The notes under the pieces: model-generated
Seen by the model: the letters and a program-made list of their open reading frames with translations, nothing else
What the model was told of the DNA's origin: nothing
Databases searched by the model: none
Made by a program: the position numbers and the translations under genes
Virus record (IMG/VR): IMGVR_UViG_3300031612_000006
DNA length: 64,000 nt
Direction: 5' to 3' (one strand)
DNA from: an uncultured virus (IMG/VR IMGVR_UViG_3300031612_000006)
Lineage: Duplodnaviria > Heunggongvirae > Uroviricota > Caudoviricetes > Crassvirales
Part shown: positions 49,652 to 60,320 of the stretch, in pieces
How the letters are laid out: every line of letters starts with the position of its first letter
Position numbering within the stretch: position 1 is the first letter of the stretch

Positions 49652-50233
49652 TTAAAACAATTTACGTTCGTTACTAATAGGTTTAAGCGTGTTCCAGTAT
49701 TTGCTTATAGCTCTCCACTGTTGCTTGGTAGGCATGTTATCCTTACCTCTAGCTTGAGCACACTGATAAGACCACTCCTTCTTAAGGTCTTGATATACAT
49801 ACCTAGGGAGTTTTTGGTTGTAGTAATCTTTAGCTTTATATTTGTACATTATATAACTAGCAATAGCGTCTTCGTGGTTACTATTAATAGTAGGGTAACC
49901 ATCGTTATCAGTGGAGATTGCATCGTAATGAATATCATACTTGCCATCAGCCACATCTGCATGCACGTAACCTCCTGATATGTAGAAGTTTACATTATCC
50001 CATCCTGGTATTTCTATTATGTTAAGTAAATCATCTGGAAGTAATGCTCTTTTATCTACTACAGATAACGATAAAATCTTTTTATCAAAAGTAGTGTACG
50101 AGCCTATTTTCTTTTCAGCCTCAAAAGCCCACTCCACGAAATGGTGGAAGTTGGCAGCAGCATCTTGTATACCTAAATTTCTTATAACTGCGGATACAAT
50201 TTGCTTAACACTTATCCTTGGTTGTCCTTTCAT
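49652..50233 (-). CDS. Tail ring / tubular protein
   Basis: EWAFEA..KIG, LP.DL and D.DGYP.I motifs; crAss-like synteny. Confidence 0.6.
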   Translation of the reverse strand: MKGQPRISVKQIVSAVIRNLGIQDAAANFHHFVEWAFEAEKKIGSYTTFDKKILSLSVVDKRALLPDDLLNIIEIPGWDNVNFYISGGYVHADVADGKYDIHYDAISTDNDGYPTINSNHEDAIASYIMYKYKAKDYYNQKLPRYVYQDLKKEWSYQCAQARGKDNMPTKQQWRAISKYWNTLKPISNERKLF

Positions 50234-50244
50234 CTTGACGTTAT

Positions 50245-50688
50245 TTAATTTTGTTTTATAGATTCCTTAAACCGCCTTAAAGGTAACACTTTATATTTGC
50301 CGTATTTGTAAGGTCTATCCCAAGCAACCTTAGTGTATTCGTCGTCTAAGATTGGTACTTTAACGTAGATAGGCTTATTAGCCTCATTACTACTCTTGTT
50401 ATCCAACCTAACATGGAAGGGTCTTTTGTGCGGTAATTTCTTTAGGTAAACCTTACCCAGCTTTCCAGGTAATTTAAACACCTCTTGCTCTTTAACTACG
50501 ACATTCAGAACCTCATCAAGGTAAGCTTCGAGTATAGAGTAGTACTCGCTATATTCTAGCATCCTAGTCCCTCTCTCGCTTTTAACCCTAATGCAATTCT
50601 TAGTGGAATTGTATATATCCTTAACGGTCACATACTTATCCTTATATTTCTTTATATTACTTAGGCTTACTAGTTGTCTGTTTTTCAT
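50245..50688 (-). CDS. IHF/HU-like protein of the crAss head-tail block
   Basis: Y.EY..I...L..V......FKLP.KLG.VY.KK pattern; conserved position. Confidence 0.6.
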   Translation of the reverse strand: MKNRQLVSLSNIKKYKDKYVTVKDIYNSTKNCIRVKSERGTRMLEYSEYYSILEAYLDEVLNVVVKEQEVFKLPGKLGKVYLKKLPHKRPFHVRLDNKSSNEANKPIYVKVPILDDEYTKVAWDRPYKYGKYKVLPLRRFKESIKQN

Positions 50689-51301
50689 CTACCTGATTGT
50701 TTGGACCCGCAGAAGTTATTGCAGATATTACACTAAACTCTATTTTTAAGATGTTCTGTACAAGAATAGAAATCAATTCATCAGGCATAGGATAAGGCGT
50801 TGTATTATCATCAACATAAGAACTAACTTCTGTTGGGTTTGAAAATATAGCATTAACCTCTAAAAGACCTCCAGAATAAATGGACTCACCTTCCCACACG
50901 TATAACTTCCTATCAGAGATGGTAGCTATTTTAGAGCTGGACTTCTTAATAAACCTAGATTCATTAACGAATGCTCTGTCGTGATGGTTTACGATTGGTA
51001 ATATAACGAATTCAGAGTCCGTACTGGAGTCTTCTTGTAAAGAGATACTTCGTATAGCCCTATCGTTATTAAAGCCCACAAACGGCTTTAAATCAACCCC
51101 ATTAGCCTTAGATATTATTTTATCCACTTGAAAGCTAGCGTTAGATGATTTCCTACCAGCATCAGTGTAACTTATAAGTAAGTTAGCTCTGTGGTAATGA
51201 ATCATAAACTTAATCTGTCTGAGCGATAAATCTGTATCGTCAGAACCTATACCGCCAGAAGCGACGTTACGTATGTTGTAAGCTATTTCGTTTAGAGTCA
51301 T
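50657..51301 (-). CDS. Tail ring (head-tail connector) protein
   Basis: MTLNEIAYNI..., QIKF.I..HRA.L, IFSNP and YPMP motifs. Confidence 0.65.
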   Translation of the reverse strand: MTLNEIAYNIRNVASGGIGSDDTDLSLRQIKFMIHYHRANLLISYTDAGRKSSNASFQVDKIISKANGVDLKPFVGFNNDRAIRSISLQEDSSTDSEFVILPIVNHHDRAFVNESRFIKKSSSKIATISDRKLYVWEGESIYSGGLLEVNAIFSNPTEVSSYVDDNTTPYPMPDELISILVQNILKIEFSVISAITSAGPNNQVDEKQTTSKPK

Positions 51302-51381
51302 AGTCTTTTAATGAAAGAGGGGCGAGGCAGGCAGAACCTACGTCACCCCTCAGTTGAGAAAGCAGGGAGCAAAAAGCATCT

Positions 51382-51999
51382 TTAACCTCGTCTATCCGTT
51401 ATCTCCGCTTGGAGGATTTGGAATCTTGGGTCTCCCAATGTAGCCAAGACTTTACGAGCAGCAATCTGACACACTTCTTCGTGTGTATGAAGGCTTAAAT
51501 CTTCTATATTCGTTGTGTACTTTAAATACTTAACAATCAAATTCTTAGTTCCTTCCCATCCTCTAAAGAATAAATAACCCATCTGCTCGTAAGCTATAGG
51601 GTATTCTTCATTGACTAGGTTGAACGGGTCGTTACTATAAGCTCCTAAATCTGACAACTGAATAATCTTAACAGAAGTATGAGGTTCTTCAGTGTAATGA
51701 ATAGCAAGCAACTTAGAATAAGGGTAGTCAAACTGAGTGTCAGGAGTTTGCCAATCAAGACTACCAGCTGACTCCATATCAACCTGAGGACTCTTAGTAC
51801 CAGCAATCAATTCAGACCTAACAAGCTTCTGTAGTTTATCTCTAGAATCTTGACTAGTCTCAAATGATAGATAATATTGTTGAGCAAACTCATCAACAGA
51901 CATTTCAACAAACCCATCTATATCAATATCTGATAAGTAGGCAGTATCCTCTCTGTCTATAATTAACCTTACTCTATTTCTAGCCTCTTCTATAGTCAT
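51382..51999 (-). CDS. Tail ring / adaptor protein
   Basis: ID...F, L..LV, DPF, L..HTHEE.C..A pattern; synteny. Confidence 0.6.
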   Translation of the reverse strand: MTIEEARNRVRLIIDREDTAYLSDIDIDGFVEMSVDEFAQQYYLSFETSQDSRDKLQKLVRSELIAGTKSPQVDMESAGSLDWQTPDTQFDYPYSKLLAIHYTEEPHTSVKIIQLSDLGAYSNDPFNLVNEEYPIAYEQMGYLFFRGWEGTKNLIVKYLKYTTNIEDLSLHTHEEVCQIAARKVLATLGDPRFQILQAEITDRRG

Positions 52000-52004
52000 T
52001 GTTG

Positions 52005-52679
52005 TTATTTTTTAGCAGCACCTTTAGACTTGGTTGGTTTAACTTCACCTCTGATTTCATGCTTCAATATAGCGTGAATATCTTTGTTAGCCTTCAACCA
52101 AACTAATACCTGTTCTTCGTTAGTACCAATAGCCTCTCTACCGTAGTAGAATGTATTGTTCTTAAATCCAATCTGACCGCCTTTCAATGCTTCAAGTATA
52201 AATACACGTAAATCCTTTTCAGGGTCAAACTGAGCACTCATAAATGATTCTGGATTCCTCTGAGCAACGCCAATAATCTTAGCTCTTAACACGTCAGTCT
52301 CCGCATTAAGGTTGTACCCTTTTAATCTAGCGAAATCTAATACATCTTTATCAGTCATCTTAGCGGCTTCAATAATAGCCCTTGCTGATTCTAAAGTATC
52401 TTTAGTATGCTTCTGTTCTTGAGCAGCTAAATCTGTTCTCTTCCATTCGCCTGTTAAGACAGATGGATTGTTTCTTAGGAACTCATCCATAATGACGTGA
52501 CCCTCATTGTTCATATCTAAAAGAACAACAGGACTAGTCCATTTTAATTGAGCATTAGTTCCATTAATGTCTTTGTAAATCTGGTTTTTACCAGTTTTAT
52601 CTTTGTAGTTAGAGAATGTATAAAACCCTAATCTTTTTGGTGAGTGAAATTCATATTTCACAAATGCATTTGCTTCCAT
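52005..52679 (-). CDS. Conserved protein downstream of the major capsid gene
   Basis: A..NP..F, IG.NEEQV..WLK pattern; crAss-like synteny. Confidence 0.6.
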   Translation of the reverse strand: MEANAFVKYEFHSPKRLGFYTFSNYKDKTGKNQIYKDINGTNAQLKWTSPVVLLDMNNEGHVIMDEFLRNNPSVLTGEWKRTDLAAQEQKHTKDTLESARAIIEAAKMTDKDVLDFARLKGYNLNAETDVLRAKIIGVAQRNPESFMSAQFDPEKDLRVFILEALKGGQIGFKNNTFYYGREAIGTNEEQVLVWLKANKDIHAILKHEIRGEVKPTKSKGAAKK

Positions 52680-52704
52680 AATTTGCTTTGCTTGCTTTGT
52701 TAGT

Positions 52705-52732
52705 AAAAAAGCACACCCCCGAAGGGATGCGC
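52705..52732 (-). terminator. Rho-independent terminator after the major capsid gene
   Basis: Minus strand GCGCATCCC-TTCG-GGGGTGTGC followed by TTTTTT. Confidence 0.7.
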
Positions 52733-52748
52733 TATTTAATTATAATCG

Positions 52749-54248
52749 TTATACCGTTAAACCAGTTGGCTTAAGGATACCACAAGATAGTGGGTTACGA
52801 ACGATGATACCAGATTGAGTCAACCAGTGAACTTCAAACTTATCATCACCTGATGCCGCCATCATTGATTTAGAATCGTAAGGATTAATCATACCAGGAA
52901 CGTATTTCTTAACGAAATTACGATTGATACCTTCAGCTCCTTTAGTAATCAATTCAACATTTGCTACACCTTGTGTAGAACCCATGTCTAAGAATACCAT
53001 TAAAGCAGATAATTTAAGCGAGTTAAATCCAGTACCAGTAATAGCCGCTGCAGAAGACGCAGTAGAAGTATAACCTGGAGCAGTTGCAATGTTCGGGTCA
53101 TCAAATACTGGGCAGTGAGCTACAGTAATTTTATTACCTAAAGCGAAGTAAGAGCTAAAGTTAGCACCCACTGAAACGTCTTGACCGAATTTATCAACTA
53201 AGATAGAAGAGTCAGAACCAGTAGAAACTAGTAAGTCTTTCATTGCTTTGTGGAATTGGATTTTCCCTTGAGTACCTGTAAATACAACATACTCATTACC
53301 TGTAGCGTTCTCAGCGTTTAGAGATAATTGACCGATAAAGTCAAGAATAACATCTTCAGATAAATCGAAATCTCCAGCAGAACCAGTAGCTTCATTGTAA
53401 GTCAATACGTTAGCATCAGCAATCTGAGCTAAGATACCATCACCAATAAGTGGAATTCCAGTAACAGGAGCTCCAGCACCAGAAACACCAGCACCTTCAG
53501 TATACTGAACGATAGATGTTCTACCGAACCAACGCATAACTTCTAAGTCATACATGAATTGAGCTTCAGTTTGTTGTTCTTTAGTGAAGAACCATAGACG
53601 GTGTCCATTATGTTCTACCCAAGTAACGTCAGTTAAATCACGAGCATCAATCACTAATTTCTTACGAGAAATTGTTAACCAGTTCTTACGTGTTTCAGGA
53701 TAAGAATATCCTTCACCAACATCAGCTCCGTCAGAACCTTCACCAAAAGCATTACCAATAACACCAACAATACCGCCACCAAGGACGTTAGCAGTAATAA
53801 CCGATAGAGCTTTACAGGTTAATACAACTAAACTTGAACCTGAAACACCAGCAGATGTAACATGTGCTTGAGAACCGTCAGCTAAACGAATAATATCGTT
53901 AGCGTTAATCATACAAGGATTGGCTGTAGTATCGTCGATACTCAACTCAAAAGCTCCACCTACAGGTATTTTGTCTGTAGAGAATCCAGCCTCTTCCGAA
54001 ATATCTAAATCAGCACCTTGTAATTGTTGAGCTCTATAACGACCCATCATCTTCCATTCGAAAGAATTATCACCTAATACTTTTTCACCAGCACCGAAGC
54101 CTAGTTTTTCTAATAAGTAAGTAGTTGTATAACGAGGATACAATTCTACTACTTTCTTTGCAATCTCTGGGTATTTAAGCAAGTTTGCTACCAGGGAGTT
54201 GTCTTCTGTGTTATGTTCTGCGCTATATTTAGCACCATAAATCTTCAT
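52749..54248 (-). CDS. Major capsid protein (crAss-like, HK97 fold)
   Basis: 499 aa; N.LTI.RK, VFTG..G..QF, ITV.HCP.FDD and GI.VRNP..CG motifs; follows portal and scaffold; strong codon bias. Confidence 0.85.
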   Translation of the reverse strand: MKIYGAKYSAEHNTEDNSLVANLLKYPEIAKKVVELYPRYTTTYLLEKLGFGAGEKVLGDNSFEWKMMGRYRAQQLQGADLDISEEAGFSTDKIPVGGAFELSIDDTTANPCMINANDIIRLADGSQAHVTSAGVSGSSLVVLTCKALSVITANVLGGGIVGVIGNAFGEGSDGADVGEGYSYPETRKNWLTISRKKLVIDARDLTDVTWVEHNGHRLWFFTKEQQTEAQFMYDLEVMRWFGRTSIVQYTEGAGVSGAGAPVTGIPLIGDGILAQIADANVLTYNEATGSAGDFDLSEDVILDFIGQLSLNAENATGNEYVVFTGTQGKIQFHKAMKDLLVSTGSDSSILVDKFGQDVSVGANFSSYFALGNKITVAHCPVFDDPNIATAPGYTSTASSAAAITGTGFNSLKLSALMVFLDMGSTQGVANVELITKGAEGINRNFVKKYVPGMINPYDSKSMMAASGDDKFEVHWLTQSGIIVRNPLSCGILKPTGLTV

Positions 54249-54288
54249 AATTTGTTTTTTTAGAAGTTATTAATAAATAGACTACAAC

Positions 54289-55326
54289 TTAATCAGATAA
54301 GAATTTGTTTGCACTAAATCCTTTAGCTGGAGTTTCATAATTATTAGATGAGCGATTACCTCTGTTAGGAGATGTTATGCCATCCAGAATTTTAGACTTC
54401 CCTTGTTCAACGCCTTGCGAACGAACCATCTTGAAAATCTTCTCTTTGTTTCGCCATAGAAAAGCAGCCTCCGCAACATTGGCATGAGACTCAAATATAT
54501 CTTGGGCGAAATCACCTTTAGTTATGTAACCGTAAAGTTGTTTCTTGTCTTTCTGTGATACCTTACCTCCGAAAAAGTCCTCTCTACCTTTGATGTAGCT
54601 TTGAAGTTCTTTTCTTGAATTATCAGCATTCTCAGTCTTTAACTTATCGTTGTCAGCTTGCTCAGTTCTTAATCTATCCTTTTCAGAATGGATGTGCTTA
54701 GTAAGTTGACTCCTAACTAGTGTTGCTTCTCTCTTAAGAAGCCCTGCATCTTCTAGTCTATCTACAGTGTCATCTATCTCCTCTTTATCATACTTAGCTG
54801 CTCTCATATCAGCGATAACTAAATCCTTATCAGATAGCTCTAAGTATGTATTAAGGTTATTAATAGTATCGTTATCAGCTACAGCTGGTTTGAAGGCTTC
54901 CTTCACTTTAGCTATAAAGTCTTCTTTACTAGATGCTTCTAGTCCAGCTTCCTTTCCTAGAGCTTCCCAGTTGAATTCAGCAGATTCATCTACCCCTTCA
55001 GCTTCTTCTTCTCTTGAATCATCCCAATCAGATTCTTCCTCTGCGGGCTCATTAGGCTCTTCAGTCTCTTCAGTCTCAGTTGCAGCCGCTGGCTCAACCT
55101 TTTCTTCAGTTTCTATTTCATCCCAAGAGAAGTCTCCTTCTTTTGATTCTTCAGCCGCTACTTCTGTAGCTTCGCTAGTACTTTCTGTTGCCGCTGCTTC
55201 CGTAGATTCTGTTGATTCTTCGGAAGCTCCAGCTTCACCTCCCAAGAAGGCAGACGCATCAAACGACTCCTCCTTAGCTTCCGTGTCCGAGATAATCTCT
55301 TCCACTAAATTACTTTCCTTTCCCAT
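54289..55326 (-). CDS. Scaffolding-like acidic protein
   Basis: Very E/A-rich N-half with coiled coil; between portal and capsid genes. Confidence 0.65.
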   Translation of the reverse strand: MGKESNLVEEIISDTEAKEESFDASAFLGGEAGASEESTESTEAAATESTSEATEVAAEESKEGDFSWDEIETEEKVEPAAATETEETEEPNEPAEEESDWDDSREEEAEGVDESAEFNWEALGKEAGLEASSKEDFIAKVKEAFKPAVADNDTINNLNTYLELSDKDLVIADMRAAKYDKEEIDDTVDRLEDAGLLKREATLVRSQLTKHIHSEKDRLRTEQADNDKLKTENADNSRKELQSYIKGREDFFGGKVSQKDKKQLYGYITKGDFAQDIFESHANVAEAAFLWRNKEKIFKMVRSQGVEQGKSKILDGITSPNRGNRSSNNYETPAKGFSANKFLSD

Positions 55327-55348
55327 TGTGCTTTGCTTTAAACTTTTA

Positions 55349-55356
55349 CAAATATA
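55349..55356 (-). promoter_or_regulatory. Bacteroidota-type -7 promoter box (TATATTTG)
   Basis: TAnnTTTG match upstream of the scaffold-capsid genes. Confidence 0.6.
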
Positions 55357-57612
55357 TTACTTTTTATCTTTATTTTTTTTGGACTCCATTTTCAAGGAGT
55401 GTTCGTTATCTACTTCTTTTTGTTGAGAGCCAAAGTCAGCCTTTATTTTCTCTAAGCTTAGTTTGTTTTTCTCTCTAGAGTCTTCAACATCTCTAGTGGC
55501 ATCAGATGCTATCTCTTGAGACGCTACTCTAGCTTCAGCATTAATCTTAGCAACAGTAATGTTACCTTCGATTTCCATCTGCTTCATCTCCATTTGAGTC
55601 TGAGCCTTAGCTTGTTCAGCTTCTGCTTGAGCTTGTTGCATTTCAGCTTGCTGACTCTGAGCTTGAGCTTGTTGCTCTTGCATTGCTTCTAGTCCTTTCT
55701 CTAATACGTGCTGAGCTTCAGTCATTGTATCTGATTTAAGAACCTTTAAAGCATCTAGTAAGCTAATAGAACCAGATTGTAATGCAGATTGAGACATTCC
55801 TTGAACTTGTTGTTTTAAAGAATCATCTCTACCAGAGTCTCCTAAGAATATACCATAATCATTTAAGGCTACATCAGGAAGTATGTTAAGGAACTTGTAT
55901 CCAGCATCACCAAATATGAATGCAGCACGCTTACCACCAGCCCAAGCTAGTTTCATTAAGTTAGCTAACCTCTCTAGTACTCTTTTCTTAACCTCATTAT
56001 GGGAGAAGAACCAGCCTGCGGTTGATATAGATGACTGAGTAACAGAACGTTGCACGTTACCTACGTACTCATACTGCTCAACAGCACCTTCTCTCTGAGG
56101 AGACACTCCTGAGATTTGTCCTGCAGTCTGCTCTAACATCATCTTAAGATTTATAAGTTGCTGTATAGAATTAGACATAGTAAAATCAACTTGTTGGAAT
56201 TGATTAAACGAAGCTGTATCCCCACCCTCATCACGAGTGTTGATAGGTATAATACCATCATTTTTAAGGTGATACATAACTTCTTGCATGTCCATACCTA
56301 AGTTTGTAGGCATTTGAGACACATCATATACTACAGCCTTACCACCAGCACGAGCCATAGTAAGTTCAATGTTGTACATAACAATATTATACAACATCTG
56401 TACGTGACGTAACGTATCAACTAGTGATGTTGGCTTACCTGTGGTGTGATTATAAACAACACCAACATAAGATAAGGAAGTAGAACCTGCATCATCAACA
56501 GAACGAACCTGATTAGGTCTTCTCCTGCAGTTAACCAGGACTTTTCCACCAATCTTAGTACCTTCCCATATATCATCAACGCATTTAGTTTCGATGTGGT
56601 CACCTTTTCTTTTTTTGTATCTATCACCTACCAACTTTTGAAACGGTTGGTCTGGATTGTATTTATTTTCAGAGATTTTAAACTTAAGTGACTTAATAGA
56701 CTTCCATTCAGCAGAGATTACTCTAATCTTAACACTTCTGTCGTCTTCTAGGTTCACCCAGTTGAACTTATCGTTCCATTTAGATATAGAATCAGGTGTA
56801 GCACCACGCATCTCTTCTAATTCACGAACATCTTCTTCGCTTAACTCGTCTCTGTACTCGTCAATCACTTCATTTACCGCTAACCATCTCTCTTCACCCG
56901 CCCATTGAGCGTTATCCAAGAAATCAGACTCTACAGACTTGTCATAAACAAAAGCTCTAGGGTCTACTCTACGAACATGTGGGTCACCGTCTTTAATGTA
57001 CACCTTATAAAACTCTTTAGCCGTAACTAGTAAGTCTCTCATCCCTTCTTGGAATATCTTCTTCATTCCGTGTTTGTGAATGAGGTAGTCCAATCCGTCA
57101 TGGATAGATTCTTCTATGATTTCCTTGTATTGGAACTTCATGAATAGGTCAATGTCGTCTGGTATAGGGAATTCTTTGTTGTCCATTTCTAACTCCATAC
57201 CAAACTCATCCTCAACTTGAGAATTAACTTCCTTAAGTAAGTCATTAGCAACTAAAGACACTTTAAACTGCTCCTTACGAAGGGCAGCCTCCATATTTAC
57301 AGCATATACACTCTTATCTATAGGTCTGCTAAGGTCTTCGTTACAAAGAAGGTCAACCTTATTCCTAGTGATAGGATGGTTAGCCATTGTAGCTGGTGCA
57401 GTAGATTTATACTGGTCAGTAACGTAGGCATAATCCTCTTCGTTAATCTCACCGTTGTATATTCTATAATTACTAGCGTCTCGTTCTGATTCACCAACAA
57501 CGCCACTTACATCCCCTTTCTCTAGGGATTTAACAATAGCATCAATGTTTTTTTCGCACCAAGATTCGTCTTTTTCGTTGTCTGGTATGAATTGTTTAGG
57601 GAAGTTGCTCAT
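55357..57612 (-). CDS. Portal protein
   Basis: 751 aa after TerL; P.Q......K...W, WEGTKIG and SGVSPQREG motifs; Q-rich C-terminal barrel. Confidence 0.85.
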   Translation of the reverse strand: MSNFPKQFIPDNEKDESWCEKNIDAIVKSLEKGDVSGVVGESERDASNYRIYNGEINEEDYAYVTDQYKSTAPATMANHPITRNKVDLLCNEDLSRPIDKSVYAVNMEAALRKEQFKVSLVANDLLKEVNSQVEDEFGMELEMDNKEFPIPDDIDLFMKFQYKEIIEESIHDGLDYLIHKHGMKKIFQEGMRDLLVTAKEFYKVYIKDGDPHVRRVDPRAFVYDKSVESDFLDNAQWAGEERWLAVNEVIDEYRDELSEEDVRELEEMRGATPDSISKWNDKFNWVNLEDDRSVKIRVISAEWKSIKSLKFKISENKYNPDQPFQKLVGDRYKKRKGDHIETKCVDDIWEGTKIGGKVLVNCRRRPNQVRSVDDAGSTSLSYVGVVYNHTTGKPTSLVDTLRHVQMLYNIVMYNIELTMARAGGKAVVYDVSQMPTNLGMDMQEVMYHLKNDGIIPINTRDEGGDTASFNQFQQVDFTMSNSIQQLINLKMMLEQTAGQISGVSPQREGAVEQYEYVGNVQRSVTQSSISTAGWFFSHNEVKKRVLERLANLMKLAWAGGKRAAFIFGDAGYKFLNILPDVALNDYGIFLGDSGRDDSLKQQVQGMSQSALQSGSISLLDALKVLKSDTMTEAQHVLEKGLEAMQEQQAQAQSQQAEMQQAQAEAEQAKAQTQMEMKQMEIEGNITVAKINAEARVASQEIASDATRDVEDSREKNKLSLEKIKADFGSQQKEVDNEHSLKMESKKNKDKK

Positions 57613-57616
57613 CTTT

Positions 57617-59416
57617 TTAAGATTTATATGGTACTAATCGTCCGTTTTCTCTTTTATAATATACAAAGCCTAAGCTTTTCTTTTCTACTGTCTCTGTTTT
57701 CACTTGTTTGTCGTGAAGGTCTATATCATGTATAAGGCACAATCCAAAAGCAATCGCCCTATCCGTGTTCCTTAAACCGTAACCTGCTAGTTCGTCTAGT
57801 AAGTCAATAAACCATATGTTGTCGCATTCCTCTTCGATGTACTGTTCCATGAATTGCTCCATCACAGCCTTAGTATGTTTATTCATTTGAATACCATACT
57901 TATTCTTATTGACCGTCTTCGGAGAGTGGGCGGTAGCTGGACGCTCTTTCAAGTATCCTTTACCCCCTGCTCTTTGGAAATAACCTATGACTCCAATACG
58001 AGTATACTCTATCAACATTTTGGCGTTGTAATATACAGCTAATTTTAGACATCCATCCCAGAACTCTTCTGCCGTGTCTGGACGCTCTGTATATTCAGCC
58101 ACAGGGTATCTGCTGGCGATGTCCATGTTAAAGAATCGTCTGAATATAATAGCACTACCTAAAGAATCCGTCGATGCTTGGTCTTGGTCATAACTATCAA
58201 TACCTCCAATATCCAACCCTTTAAGGTCGGTCTTAGGGTGAGATAGAATCTTGTAAGGACCATATTGGTCTAATACAAATTCAACCTCCATTGAGTCACC
58301 AACCCATTCGAGTCGTCCTTTTTGTATTTGATTTCTAAGAGCATCATCGCTAAGTATCGCACTCCTCTGAGCGTTTATTTTAGATACATTAAACCTTGAG
58401 TTCTTAGTTTGTAAGAAGGCTTCTTCGACGGATAGCGGATAATTCTGAAGCTCTAGATTGTAACCCTTCTGGTTACCTGCGGCATACAGTTGCTCCCTTC
58501 TTTCCTTTAAAGCGGCTGTAGCACCATCTACATCAGATACTCCCGTATCTTTGTCAAAGAAGCCATGATAACACATAGAAGCTGGAATAAATAGAGGAAT
58601 AAGATTAAACGCCTCAGCATTATAATACATCTCCATAAAATCCTTAGACGCAGCTTCAATATCTCCACCCGTTCCACCAATAATAGGTACACCATATTGG
58701 TCATCCCCATCCATGAAACAAGCTTTAGAAGACATATAAGCATTAAGGAGTTCCTTGAACTCACCAGCTTCTTCAAATACCATCACAGCAAGACGTTCAC
58801 CCTTATAAACTTCAGGGTTACTCATCGTTCGGCAGTGTATTACTGAATGAAATCCTCCAGTTCCCCACTTACCATCTTTAGCTTTTATTTTATACCCAGA
58901 CTTTAGAACATCATCACCCTCTTTTAATATTGAGTGCCTGAAGTTACTACTCTGATTGTTTAATCCTGACTTAACCTTATCAAAGAAAGAGGTCGCTGTA
59001 ACCTGTAAACCCGCAGCCACACCAACGTGGTTGTACGGATAAAAGGTGTACTCATGGGCTAGTATCCCTGAGTTCATATAACTAAAGCCTTTATCACGAG
59101 CTTTAATTACAATCATTCCTTTACCTTCTTTCTTGCATCTATCGAACAAATCAAAATAGATTTTATCCATGTCTCTATACCAGGGTGCGATAAGAGTCTT
59201 CCTTGAATTCCCTTTCTCTCCTGTAGAACCTAATATTTTATAATAGTTAAGATAGTAATAGTGCTTACCAGTAATAGCGTCTAAACCCTTAGGTTTAAAG
59301 CCTTCCTTACATCTTCTAATCTCTTCGTCCCAGAACTCTTTAAACGCAATACTATCGGGGCTAACATCAGGCGCACCTATATGTACGATTGGAGCGTACT
59401 TTTCTATCTTAGACAT
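57617..59416 (-). CDS. terL: Terminase large subunit
   Basis: ITG.HY.YLNY, KARDKGFSY Walker A, FEEAGEF Walker B, GGTGG, GIDSYD and DRAIAFG nuclease motifs. Confidence 0.9.
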   Translation of the reverse strand: MSKIEKYAPIVHIGAPDVSPDSIAFKEFWDEEIRRCKEGFKPKGLDAITGKHYYYLNYYKILGSTGEKGNSRKTLIAPWYRDMDKIYFDLFDRCKKEGKGMIVIKARDKGFSYMNSGILAHEYTFYPYNHVGVAAGLQVTATSFFDKVKSGLNNQSSNFRHSILKEGDDVLKSGYKIKAKDGKWGTGGFHSVIHCRTMSNPEVYKGERLAVMVFEEAGEFKELLNAYMSSKACFMDGDDQYGVPIIGGTGGDIEAASKDFMEMYYNAEAFNLIPLFIPASMCYHGFFDKDTGVSDVDGATAALKERREQLYAAGNQKGYNLELQNYPLSVEEAFLQTKNSRFNVSKINAQRSAILSDDALRNQIQKGRLEWVGDSMEVEFVLDQYGPYKILSHPKTDLKGLDIGGIDSYDQDQASTDSLGSAIIFRRFFNMDIASRYPVAEYTERPDTAEEFWDGCLKLAVYYNAKMLIEYTRIGVIGYFQRAGGKGYLKERPATAHSPKTVNKNKYGIQMNKHTKAVMEQFMEQYIEEECDNIWFIDLLDELAGYGLRNTDRAIAFGLCLIHDIDLHDKQVKTETVEKKSLGFVYYKRENGRLVPYKS

Positions 59417-59936
59417 TACTTTGCGCTTGAAGTGTTTCTAAGTAACTCAATTCTCTACTACCAGCAATAGTCTTCTTCTCTCCTCTACGTTCAATAGCAT
59501 CGAGTAACTTCTGTCTAGTGGCTAAAATCTTCTCCACGCCAATCATCACCTTCTGGATGTCGGCAGCGTTTTCTATGTTTATCTTAGTGGCGTTTAATAA
59601 AGAGGTATATTCATCAATCTTCTCGTTAAAAGCAGATAGTTGAGCTTCTAATGGGTCGAACTGAAGTTCATTGTACTTGATAATAGCAGACTCAATTTTT
59701 TTATTTTTAGTCTTATTCCACTCATAGTCTCCGTAAAGGTCTTTACCTACAACTTTCCCACGCTCTTCTTTTGTATAGTGTCTATAAGGGGAATCATAAT
59801 CCGCCATGTACGCAACAAACATAAGTGCTTTAAGTCCTAATTTCTTAACGGCAACTAGTTCTGCAAATTCGGGTATACCGTAAATGCCGTCGTCATTAAT
59901 CAATTCTCCTTGCTTACTTACTTTAAGTAGATACAT
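59409..59936 (-). CDS. Conserved protein upstream of TerL (possible small terminase subunit)
   Basis: Y.ADY.SPY...EER motif and coiled coil; overlaps the terL start. Confidence 0.55.
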   Translation of the reverse strand: MYLLKVSKQGELINDDGIYGIPEFAELVAVKKLGLKALMFVAYMADYDSPYRHYTKEERGKVVGKDLYGDYEWNKTKNKKIESAIIKYNELQFDPLEAQLSAFNEKIDEYTSLLNATKINIENAADIQKVMIGVEKILATRQKLLDAIERRGEKKTIAGSRELSYLETLQAQSNV

Positions 59937-60219
59937 GCTTTGTGAGTGTGGTTTTCATTACTAATATTCCATGGCTAATGTACGGCATCTGCTCGTATTC
60001 TTTGTCTCCATCTTCGTTCACGTACACAAAGTCCATTGAAGATACATTACCTCCAGCGAGCTTGTATTCATTACTTATAGGAGTAAAGCCAAGGTCTATG
60101 TATTCAGTCATATTATCCAGCTCACGGTCTTCACTCATCTGTTTAACAACAGACATACCTAATATTGTACCATCAGGCATTTCTTCAATCCAACCAAACT
60201 TAGTTTTTTGCTTTTTCAT
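59923..60219 (-). CDS. Hypothetical protein
   Basis: 98-aa ORF preceded by a TATCTTTG box. Confidence 0.55.
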   Translation of the reverse strand: MKKQKTKFGWIEEMPDGTILGMSVVKQMSEDRELDNMTEYIDLGFTPISNEYKLAGGNVSSMDFVYVNEDGDKEYEQMPYISHGILVMKTTLTKHVST

Positions 60220-60233
60220 ATACCCTTCGTTGT

Positions 60234-60241
60234 CAAAGATA
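60234..60241 (-). promoter_or_regulatory. Bacteroidota-type -7 promoter box (TATCTTTG)
   Basis: TAnnTTTG match upstream of the packaging genes. Confidence 0.55.
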
Positions 60242-60320
60242 GTTATTTTTTCAACAGGTACAATTTAAGTAAAAAAAAAGAGAGTCATAACAACTCTCCT
60301 TAGATAATTAAATACTAAAA

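Noticed and set aside
54767..55426. 219-aa Ser-rich + strand ORF, and similar antisense ORFs (e.g. 18307-18651, 33581-33946, 60451-60732)
   Set aside because: Shadow frames of low-complexity minus-strand genes (scaffold, collagen, PK repeat, RNAP)
25693..59416. Stop-codon reassignment (TAG/TGA) as in some gut crAss-like phages
   Set aside because: Late genes are long and uninterrupted in the standard code, and no suppressor tRNA is seen
3602..59416. Inteins or introns in DnaB, TerL or the capsid gene
   Set aside because: Lengths are normal and the motifs are contiguous; no splice motifs or homing endonuclease ORFs were noticed
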